Source: a virus (taxonomy: Duplodnaviria; Caudoviricetes). From it: a DNA stretch of 64,000 nt. The notes under the pieces are model-generated. The model saw nothing but the letters and a program-made list of their open reading frames with translations. It was not told the origin of the DNA and did not search any database. The stretch covers positions 1 through 64,000 of IMG/VR virus record IMGVR_UViG_3300032327_000460; one strand, given 5' to 3'. Numbering within the stretch: the first letter of the stretch is position 1; each line of letters starts with the position of its first letter. Positions 26,025 to 33,887 of this stretch are shown here, in pieces. The position numbers were made by a program, and so were the translations under genes.

Positions 26025-26951
26025 TTATGCCATGGTTATTGTTAACCATGATGTACCATTGTAGCACTTTAATGTATTAGAGCCACTATCATAGTATACC
26101 ATACCCCTACTAGGACTACTTGGAGCAGTGCCCGGAGTTAATCTCATAAATGTACCAATTGTCGTAGAACCCGTCACCACAACGTTTGCCGGCAATTCAA
26201 CTGTAATAGTACCTGATCCTGTGATTGGACTACCGGTAACTGTCAAGGTTGAGCTTGACAAACCAACTGAGGTCACTGCGGCAACCGGTGTTGTTGATAT
26301 AGTAACATTTCCGTTACCACTACTTACTTGAATTCCTGATCCTGCGCTAACTCTAGTAACACCTGTATTAGTTACTGTAATATTACCATTACTGGTTACA
26401 GGACTGTTTGTCACAGATATACCTACACCCGGTGTAACACCTACACTAGTTACAGTACCGACACTGTTAGCGTTTGCAATTGTAGTAACCCTACCAAATT
26501 GGTCAACCGTGACAGTAGGATATGTATACGTTCCGGCAAGAGTAGGACCCAATGATGTTAAATTTAATGTGATATTACCAGAACTAACAATCGGGCTATT
26601 GCTGACGGTTAGTGTACTAGATGCAACGCCTACGCTAGTAACAGTACCGTCTCCTCCACCGTTGCCTCCGGAAGAACTAATAGTAACATTGCCATTGGAG
26701 CTAGATAATGTAATTCCAGCGCCCTCAATAAGCGACACTACACCGGTATTTGTTATGTCAACGGTGCCTGTTGTGGCATTGGCATTCGTGCTTATTCCAC
26801 TATTACCAACAAAATTAACATACTGGCTAGCAGTATTTGCTAATATTGCAAAATTGTTTTTTGTCTTATTAAATGCTAAGTAAAGCGAATCACTGCCAGT
26901 GGATTCATTGGCTAAACCAATATCGATTACTTCTAGATTTCCTATGGTCAT
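26025..26951 (-). CDS. Baseplate/tail-fibre connector-like protein
   Basis: IDIG..N..G.DSL..AF.K...NF resembles the T4 gp9/gp10 N-terminus. Confidence 0.6.
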   Translation of the reverse strand: MTIGNLEVIDIGLANESTGSDSLYLAFNKTKNNFAILANTASQYVNFVGNSGISTNANATTGTVDITNTGVVSLIEGAGITLSSSNGNVTISSSGGNGGGDGTVTSVGVASSTLTVSNSPIVSSGNITLNLTSLGPTLAGTYTYPTVTVDQFGRVTTIANANSVGTVTSVGVTPGVGISVTNSPVTSNGNITVTNTGVTRVSAGSGIQVSSGNGNVTISTTPVAAVTSVGLSSSTLTVTGSPITGSGTITVELPANVVVTGSTTIGTFMRLTPGTAPSSPSRGMVYYDSGSNTLKCYNGTSWLTITMA

Positions 26952-27000
26952 GTTTAGTCCTTATTCTGTATTTATCAGAAAAGGACTAAATGTTATACTA

Positions 27001-27333
27001 TCAGAATGGGGTAAAACTTGATCCGCACCCGCATGTAGTTTGCGCTTGTGGGTTGTTTATTTTGAATCTTGAACCATTTAAATCATCAATATAATCAATT
27101 TCAGCATTACTTAAGTACTGCATACTCATGCTATCAATCAAGACATTTGTAGTTCCTGATGGAATTTCCCAGTCATCTTCATTTTTTTCTTCATCAAAAG
27201 TGAATCCATATTCCATTCCGGAACAACCCCCACCTTGGACAAAAACTCTAACTCTAGTTTGATCGGATAGACCTTCGTCAGTCAACAATTCAGCCATTTT
27301 TAAGGCTGCTGATTCAGTTATTTTTAAGTTCAT
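27001..27333 (-). CDS. A-type Fe-S carrier (IscA/ErpA/HesB family)
   Basis: GGGCSG..Y, CGCGSSF. Confidence 0.93.
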   Translation of the reverse strand: MNLKITESAALKMAELLTDEGLSDQTRVRVFVQGGGCSGMEYGFTFDEEKNEDDWEIPSGTTNVLIDSMSMQYLSNAEIDYIDDLNGSRFKINNPQAQTTCGCGSSFTPF

Positions 27334-27377
27334 GCACTATTTATGCATGAAGATATACAAATATGTATTTTTGATTG

Positions 27378-27593
27378 TTATCTACGCCGGGTAATACGGC
27401 CTTTACTTAAGTCATATGGACTAAACTCAATTTCTACTGTGTCACCTAATAGAATTTTAATGTCATTTTTACGCATTCTACCAGATATATATCCATTGAC
27501 AACTTGTCCACTGTGTAATGTAACTCTAAAGACGGCGTTAGGTAATACTTCTATTACCTTGCCGTCCATTTTAATACCTTCTTCTTTAGCCAT
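27378..27593 (-). CDS. infA: Translation initiation factor IF-1
   Basis: [38 protein letters not shown]. Confidence 0.97.
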   Translation of the reverse strand: MAKEEGIKMDGKVIEVLPNAVFRVTLHSGQVVNGYISGRMRKNDIKILLGDTVEIEFSPYDLSKGRITRRR

Positions 27594-27614
27594 AAATGTT
27601 TCTATTATCTCCTA

Positions 27615-28010
27615 TTAGCCACGGCGCATTGTGCTAATCTCTACTGCCTGTTCGTCAGAGAAAATAGGCACGGCATTACTTTTGTGCATAGTACCGATAC
27701 CAATAATTTTAGTACCTGTGTATTGTGGAATATCTTTTGTGCGTACTGCACCAGTGTGACCTGTGTCACGGCTTGCAATACGTTGTGTCTCACGGCCAAC
27801 TGGCGCGGATAATGTATATGATAGTGGTTCAGCCTTTAAGGCTCGGTTGCGCTTTTTGTCATCAGCATCTACTTCCCACTTTTTTTGTAGTTCTTTCCAA
27901 TCGGCATCAAGCTGGCGAGCTTTTTGTGCCTCTGCGCTATTGCGAAACTTTACTTTACCCTTGCGTTTACCGCCCATAGAGAGTGCGGGATGTGCTAGAT
28001 GCATGGTCAT
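27615..28010 (-). CDS. Conserved T4-like hypothetical protein
   Basis: YTGTKIIGIGTMHKSNAVP motif. Confidence 0.7.
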   Translation of the reverse strand: MTMHLAHPALSMGGKRKGKVKFRNSAEAQKARQLDADWKELQKKWEVDADDKKRNRALKAEPLSYTLSAPVGRETQRIASRDTGHTGAVRTKDIPQYTGTKIIGIGTMHKSNAVPIFSDEQAVEISTMRRG

Positions 28011-28042
28011 GATGTATGGTTCATAGTTATAAAACAGTTACT

Positions 28043-28071
28043 ATTATATAGGATATGTGAGTTTTTGTCAA
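28043..28071 (-). promoter_or_regulatory. sigma70 promoter
   Basis: TTGACA-17-TATAAT on the minus strand. Confidence 0.8.
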
Positions 28072-28085
28072 GTATCACTAAAGTA

Positions 28086-28508
28086 TTACTTTTTAAGAAT
28101 CTTCCACATTTTCTCTTTTTCTTTAATTTCTGCTTCTAGTTCTATATAAGCATTACGTAGGGCACGTAAATCGTCCCATTTTTCTTCTAGTTCAAAATTT
28201 GGGTGAAGAATAGCCAATCTCTCATCAATTTTATCTAATCGGTCACTTAGTTTGACACCCTGAACAGTTAGTTCCCCAGTGATATCAGCATCTCCATTAA
28301 CTTGTAATGTTCTGCCTTGCAAATTTGGGTCTGTTGTAATAGTTCCCCAGCTTCCAGTTGTCCCGTTTAAATTGGCCCAAGTTATTGGACTTGATGTTCC
28401 ACTAGTGGTATAAACATACCCAGACTGTGCATTGCCTATTGTAGTACCTGTTGTTAAGGTATCACCAATATAAGTATTATTCATGTTGTTATTCACATTG
28501 AATGTCAT
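28086..28508 (-). CDS. Hypothetical protein with C-terminal coiled coil
   Basis: ORF. Confidence 0.7.
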   Translation of the reverse strand: MTFNVNNNMNNTYIGDTLTTGTTIGNAQSGYVYTTSGTSSPITWANLNGTTGSWGTITTDPNLQGRTLQVNGDADITGELTVQGVKLSDRLDKIDERLAILHPNFELEEKWDDLRALRNAYIELEAEIKEKEKMWKILKK

Positions 28509-28690
28509 ATCTTTTTAATTATTACTTTGCCATTTTCATCAATTTGAAAGTCAATATTGTCTCCCTCTTTCCATCCCAACTCAGTTAATAATTGAGGTGG
28601 CAAGGGAATAAGCATGTCTCCTGTTTTAGGATCTTCATGCGTCATAACTTCATACCGGATATTTTCTTGTGCAGTTTTCTTTTTAGACAT
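28505..28690 (-). CDS. AbrB/MazE-like DNA-binding domain protein
   Basis: IPLP..LL.ELGWKEGD.IDF. Confidence 0.75.
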   Translation of the reverse strand: MSKKKTAQENIRYEVMTHEDPKTGDMLIPLPPQLLTELGWKEGDNIDFQIDENGKVIIKKI

Positions 28691-28697
28691 ATGTTAC

Positions 28698-29252
28698 TTA
28701 TCTCTTTAAGAAAGGAGAATAAATCTTTTCTAATTCATTGATAGTATGGTTAGTGTTACCATCTTCATGCTTAACTGCAATGCCACCTGCATTACTCCAT
28801 GCATCAAGATATTTACCAAAATCATCTACTAGTACATTAGGTTGTCCACTAGTGGTAGCATATTTATATTTTGCACTTGTAAAAATAGCATTACCACTAG
28901 TACCAGGGTTATGATTATCCAACCACTCTTTTTTACCTTTAATGCTAGCATTACCTTCTATTCTAAGTGGAGCGCTTAATACAGTAAAGGGAATTTTGTT
29001 TTTATGCAACCAAGCAATTATTTGTTGTCCACCATTCAATGGGTCTAAGTCTCTAAAAAACTGATAAACTAATTCGGGACCTGATTTAGCTAGTCGTACT
29101 ATTGCTTCTTCGGGATTAGTAATATGCTTGTAATGCATTACTTTTTCAACTTCAGCCCAACGCCCAAAAAAATCAGCTTGCACCCCATCCATATCCAAAT
29201 ATAGATGGGGCATTTTTTTAGTGGAATCTTCTAGTAAATCTTTAATTTGCAT
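28698..29252 (-). CDS. HAD 5'(3')-deoxyribonucleotidase
   Basis: YLDMDGV.ADF..VLVDD. Confidence 0.85.
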   Translation of the reverse strand: MQIKDLLEDSTKKMPHLYLDMDGVQADFFGRWAEVEKVMHYKHITNPEEAIVRLAKSGPELVYQFFRDLDPLNGGQQIIAWLHKNKIPFTVLSAPLRIEGNASIKGKKEWLDNHNPGTSGNAIFTSAKYKYATTSGQPNVLVDDFGKYLDAWSNAGGIAVKHEDGNTNHTINELEKIYSPFLKR

Positions 29253-29258
29253 GCCTTA

Positions 29259-29795
29259 TTATATCACAATTGGCATAATAAGCCAAATGCCCTGGGTCAA
29301 TAGTATTGTTCCAAAAATGCTAACGCCAATACTTCCCCAAAACATGCGTTTATCTACAGCCAAAATACTAGCAGATAATAATACAATAGCTAACTGAAAT
29401 GCCATTGCAGCAAAAGTCAACCATGGAGTGTGCTTTTTAGCCTCATCTCGTTCTGCTTCAATTTTTAATGCTTTAGCCATTAATTCTTTTTTACCCTCGC
29501 CCTTAACTGGATCGCTCTCATATCGTTCAATTTTAGCTTTTAGTTGTTCTTTACGACTTGGATCTTTGGCATCTTCAAGTTGTCCCTCAGCAATACTTTG
29601 CTTGATACTTTTAGCTTGATAGAAATTCCATGTGTCATTTGCTTTAATTGTGTTGTTTAATATTTTGCTACTGAATCCATTGGCCATATATGTTGTAATT
29701 GCTAACAATAATGCAATAACTGTGATGACCCACCCTGCTCTATCTTTAAGTTGTGCTTCACGCTCACTGCGTGATAATGGTTTAACTTCTGACAT
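29259..29795 (-). CDS. DUF4337-like membrane protein
   Basis: TM, NDTWNFYQAKSIKQ, coiled coil, two TMs. Confidence 0.75.
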   Translation of the reverse strand: MSEVKPLSRSEREAQLKDRAGWVITVIALLLAITTYMANGFSSKILNNTIKANDTWNFYQAKSIKQSIAEGQLEDAKDPSRKEQLKAKIERYESDPVKGEGKKELMAKALKIEAERDEAKKHTPWLTFAAMAFQLAIVLLSASILAVDKRMFWGSIGVSIFGTILLTQGIWLIMPIVI

Positions 29796-29809
29796 AATTC
29801 TATCTCCTT

Positions 29810-30505
29810 CTAATTATTTATATTAAACTCTTTAATTGCTGCCTTTGCCAAACTGTCTATGCTGTTAACTAATGGAATATTTTTATAATGCGTTTCTTTA
29901 ACTGCTAAAGGTAATTCGGTACAACCCAGTACCACAGCATTGACTCCCCATTTTATTAATCTTTCTATTACAATTATTAAAAGATCATGTGCGTCTTCAA
30001 TATTATTGACCTTGATCAAATCAATTGCCGGTTGCACAAGGGTGTCCATTTCATGTGTGTTGGGAGTTACACATCTCCATCCTTTACCACCTAAATAATG
30101 TTGATATAGTCCCAAACTCATTGTGGCCTTTGTGCCTAGTATGCCTATAGTACCATGGTGTATGTTCAGTGATTTTAATTCTGTTGCAACGCTGTCAACA
30201 ATGTGTGTTATCGGTACTCCAAACTGACTCATTCTATCATACCAAAAGTGTGCTGTATTACATGGAATTACAATATGATCGCACCCTGCGTCTTTTAATC
30301 CCAGTATACCCTGTTTGAGTTTTTCCCATGGCAAATCATCACGGTTTATTAAACTGGTACTACGATCGGGTACAGTAGGGTCGCCCCAGATAACTACTGG
30401 AATGTGTTCTTGGTCACAACTTGCGGGTGTTTGTTCTACTAGGCGCTTATAAAATTCAGCAGTTGCTGCTGGGCCCATGCCGCCAAGTACCCCTAACTTT
30501 TTCAT
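29810..30505 (-). CDS. PLP-independent Asp/Glu racemase
   Basis: GVLGGMGPAAT, PCNTAH and GCTELP (both catalytic Cys present). Confidence 0.93.
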   Translation of the reverse strand: MKKLGVLGGMGPAATAEFYKRLVEQTPASCDQEHIPVVIWGDPTVPDRSTSLINRDDLPWEKLKQGILGLKDAGCDHIVIPCNTAHFWYDRMSQFGVPITHIVDSVATELKSLNIHHGTIGILGTKATMSLGLYQHYLGGKGWRCVTPNTHEMDTLVQPAIDLIKVNNIEDAHDLLIIVIERLIKWGVNAVVLGCTELPLAVKETHYKNIPLVNSIDSLAKAAIKEFNINN

Positions 30506-31104
30506 TTTTTAAATAATAAACTAGAAGCAATAACCATAGCAGTTTGTGCAGCCTCTACATCTTCGGGTTTTTCTTTCCAACCTATACTAATTTGTCCAAT
30601 GAATACACCGGGCTCTGCTGGAACACTGATACGACACATGTAGTTTACTCCATGTTCTTTATATACAAAACCTATAAGACTTTGCGGTTTAGTATATGGA
30701 CTACAAGGTATCTTACCAGACATCAAACCAATCACATCGTTATTGTTATCATAGTTTTTACTAAACAATCCAACATCTAATCCGTCATTTCTTTTATCTC
30801 TTCCACCACTGCGAGTAGATAAGTAAACTACCTTGCGTGTGTTGATCAGTGTATTAACTTCTAAAAACGCAACCATCTCAGCATCAGTATTCTTTAATAA
30901 GAAGTTTAATGCTTCTTCATAATTGCCATTCATCTTAGGCAATGCTTGTTGAGCACGATAACTTGCCATAAATGCATCTTTTTCACTATAAACTATCCAA
31001 CCACCAAAGCCCAAAATACAAAGAAACACAACAGTGAATAGACGAAATGGACTAGATCCAATCCAGTTTAATAAACCAAAGAGAAAATCTTTAATCTTGT
31101 CCAT
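30502..31104 (-). CDS. T4 gpT-like holin homolog (single TM + periplasmic domain)
   Basis: DFLFGLLN..TM..NYM-x13-G-x-I-x3-W with the same spacing as in T4 gpT as recalled from memory. Confidence 0.55.
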   Translation of the reverse strand: MDKIKDFLFGLLNWIGSSPFRLFTVVFLCILGFGGWIVYSEKDAFMASYRAQQALPKMNGNYEEALNFLLKNTDAEMVAFLEVNTLINTRKVVYLSTRSGGRDKRNDGLDVGLFSKNYDNNNDVIGLMSGKIPCSPYTKPQSLIGFVYKEHGVNYMCRISVPAEPGVFIGQISIGWKEKPEDVEAAQTAMVIASSLLFKK

Positions 31105-32365
31105 TTTTTTGTTCTTTCTCACATACAAATGCTGTTACTGCTACATTGCCATGTACATGACTTGCTGTACGAATCATGTCCATTAATGGATCAACTGCAA
31201 TCAACAACACTAATACTGCTTCGCTTGGGAGTTTTAATAAATCACAAACAACTGCTACTGTAGCAACAGTAAGAATACCTGTTGTGCCTGCGCTAGCTAA
31301 ACCAGCTAAGATACTACCAAACAGTACAACTAATAATCCTGCAACACCTAAAGGGGTGTCATAGATGTTAGCAATGAATACTGTAGCGATAGCATAATAC
31401 ACAATACTACCAATACGGTTAACCGTGAAACTTAGTGGAACTGTCAATTCAACTGCGTCTTTATTGAATTTTAATTTTTGTAGTGCTTCTTGAGCATATG
31501 GAATACAAGCAAGGCTGCTTCGTGAACTAACAGCAACAATCAATGTTTCTTTAGTTTCACGGATAACTGTAGATAAACTTAATCCACTACGCATCCAAAT
31601 TACAGCAGTACCTGTTGCGATGACTAGGAATCCACCAATTGCTTGTTGCATTACAAAGTCAAACATAGTCATAAAAATTCCTACACCAACTTTACCTACC
31701 TGTGCAGAAATCATTGCTAACAATGCTATTGGTAAGAAGTAATTTAAGAACTTGAAAATACTGATACTGGCCTGTTGAACACTTTTTAACACTTCAACTA
31801 ACATTTTTTGACCATCTGTTTTCAAGTGACCAAGGGCAACACCAAAGATTAAACAGAAGATAACAATCTTTAAACTTTCACCATTGTTTAATGTATTGAA
31901 AATATTTTCAGGAATAAACTTCTCAGCCATTTTACCAGCACTAACTGGGGCGGCTGTTGGCATCGGCTCTTTAAGAGTGATGTTTAAATCTGTGCCACTG
32001 TCTTTGTCATTAATTAGTACACCTAACTGTGTTTTTTTCTCCGGTGTCATTTCAGTGCCAGTAACCATAACTGTACCAACACCAATGACTGCGGCAATAA
32101 ACATACTACTTACAAAACCAATGATGATTCTACGAATTAATGTTTGACTACCCTCTTTTTGTAATAATCCAATGATACCTACTAGGATAGTTGCTAACAA
32201 GAATGGTAGTACAACTACTTTAAGTAAACTAATATAGACGCTACCTAAACTTTCAAAGTTTAAACTAAACTCCGGTAAGTAAACTCCACTGAGAATACCT
32301 ACAACGATTGATCCTAAAATAGTCCAGGGACTAACTAAAAAACTTTTTAAATGTGCGATTGTCAT
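31091..32365 (-). CDS. Dicarboxylate/amino acid:cation symporter (DAACS, GltP-like)
   Basis: many TMs, IPENIF, SSRSSLACIP, AVD.LMDM.RT..HV.GN. Confidence 0.92.
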   Translation of the reverse strand: MTIAHLKSFLVSPWTILGSIVVGILSGVYLPEFSLNFESLGSVYISLLKVVVLPFLLATILVGIIGLLQKEGSQTLIRRIIIGFVSSMFIAAVIGVGTVMVTGTEMTPEKKTQLGVLINDKDSGTDLNITLKEPMPTAAPVSAGKMAEKFIPENIFNTLNNGESLKIVIFCLIFGVALGHLKTDGQKMLVEVLKSVQQASISIFKFLNYFLPIALLAMISAQVGKVGVGIFMTMFDFVMQQAIGGFLVIATGTAVIWMRSGLSLSTVIRETKETLIVAVSSRSSLACIPYAQEALQKLKFNKDAVELTVPLSFTVNRIGSIVYYAIATVFIANIYDTPLGVAGLLVVLFGSILAGLASAGTTGILTVATVAVVCDLLKLPSEAVLVLLIAVDPLMDMIRTASHVHGNVAVTAFVCEKEQKNGQD

Positions 32366-32374
32366 GGTTAGTCC

Positions 32375-33193
32375 TTACTTCTTTTCTGCTTTGTAACGAT
32401 CCATTAACTTTTTAGTGTCAATGTTGCTGTATTCATTTTTAATAACATAATTAACAACGCTTAACAGTTGAATCGACTTTGGATTGACTGCTACTGCAAT
32501 ATTGTCTACGCTATCACTGATTGTAATTGTCTTAGTGCTAATTGCGGCATCTGGTTTTTCAAAACTAATTTTCTTAATTTCAAATTCATCACGATACGCG
32601 GCAGCAATATCTCCGCGGGTAACTTTATCAATGATTGTGTCCCATTTGTCTTCAGGAAGAAATATAGCATTAGGAAAGTTAATACGGGCAAATGTATCGT
32701 AACTAGAATTACGAATAAAACTTATTTTACCATTAAACTCTCTTATAACTTGATATACTTCGCGACCTTGACTATTTTGACTTAACCATAGTCGGTTAAC
32801 AATCAAACTTTGTCTAAGTTTGACATAAGGGTCGCTGAATCTAACAACTTGTAATCTAGGACCAGTAACAGATAATTTACTAACTGCAATGTCTGCACGA
32901 CCATCACGAACTTGTTCTACAACTTCGGCAAAACTTTCCGCATCTCGTCTAAATTGTACAGGAACTCCAAGTAATACACCAATTCGTCGGGCAATTTCAA
33001 CGTCAAGACCACGGATATCATCTTCCTCTCCGCTGTAGAAGGGAGGACTATCTTTTTTGGTCATTGCTACAACAAGAACATTGTTTTTCTTGATTAGAGC
33101 AATATCAGAGGGTAGGGGTACCGTAGAGGTTGGTAATTGTGCGTTAGCAACCGAGGTCAACAGTACAAAAAATAATAGTAGTAGTTTTTTCAT
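32375..33193 (-). CDS. Periplasmic amino-acid-binding protein (SBP family 3)
   Basis: signal peptide, GLDVEIAR, DIAVS.LS.T..R...V.FSDPY. Confidence 0.9.
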   Translation of the reverse strand: MKKLLLLFFVLLTSVANAQLPTSTVPLPSDIALIKKNNVLVVAMTKKDSPPFYSGEEDDIRGLDVEIARRIGVLLGVPVQFRRDAESFAEVVEQVRDGRADIAVSKLSVTGPRLQVVRFSDPYVKLRQSLIVNRLWLSQNSQGREVYQVIREFNGKISFIRNSSYDTFARINFPNAIFLPEDKWDTIIDKVTRGDIAAAYRDEFEIKKISFEKPDAAISTKTITISDSVDNIAVAVNPKSIQLLSVVNYVIKNEYSNIDTKKLMDRYKAEKK

Positions 33194-33255
33194 AGTATTG
33201 TATTTATACTATTATTTAAATAGCATAGTTACAATACTGTTACATTTACCCAAAT

Positions 33256-33876
33256 TTACTTGTTGGCCAGTGGATTATCTATGGCTTTTTGTATTTTGTT
33301 ATCAACTTCTTTCTTTAATGTTTCTACTTCACGGTTGATTTCTCTACGGGCCGATGTAAATTCACTGTTAATCTCTTTGCGTGTTGTTTCCATATCCTTA
33401 CGAATTTGATTGGCTTCGTTTCTCGCTCTTTCCAAATCTTCACGAATTGCCTTACGCATGTCACGCATTTCTTGCTCAGTTTCACGCTGTGCAGATTTAA
33501 CACTACGCTCAACTTGCTCGGTCACAGACTCATTACGGCGTAAGTCGTTTTTTAAATCCGTTTTGATATCACGGGTGTAGTCGCTAGTTTTTGCACTATT
33601 TTCTTCGATAACTGCTAGTCGTTTGTCGAATCCACTTAGGTCCGGAGCACTATAATCGGCAATCTTTTTCTTCATGCTTTGATAATCTTTGTATACTTCA
33701 AACGCACCATACAATCCACCTAGTGTAGATGATACGATTGTAGCAGCCACCATTAGTTTGGCAGGTGTAAATTCATAGCCACCAATACTGATAACAGTAT
33801 CTTTGCTAGCATACTTCTTCATAGCCGCTTCTGCTTCGTCAATCTTTGCGTTGACATCTTTAATTTGTTCACTCAT
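33256..33876 (-). CDS. Membrane-anchored coiled-coil protein
   Basis: single TM followed by long heptad-rich region. Confidence 0.7.
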   Translation of the reverse strand: MSEQIKDVNAKIDEAEAAMKKYASKDTVISIGGYEFTPAKLMVAATIVSSTLGGLYGAFEVYKDYQSMKKKIADYSAPDLSGFDKRLAVIEENSAKTSDYTRDIKTDLKNDLRRNESVTEQVERSVKSAQRETEQEMRDMRKAIREDLERARNEANQIRKDMETTRKEINSEFTSARREINREVETLKKEVDNKIQKAIDNPLANK

Positions 33877-33887
33877 TTTTTTTCTCC

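Noticed and set aside
14459-26951. Diversity-generating retroelement in the fibre genes
   Set aside because: No reverse transcriptase in the window, and the repeats are exact or differ at mixed positions, not adenine-only
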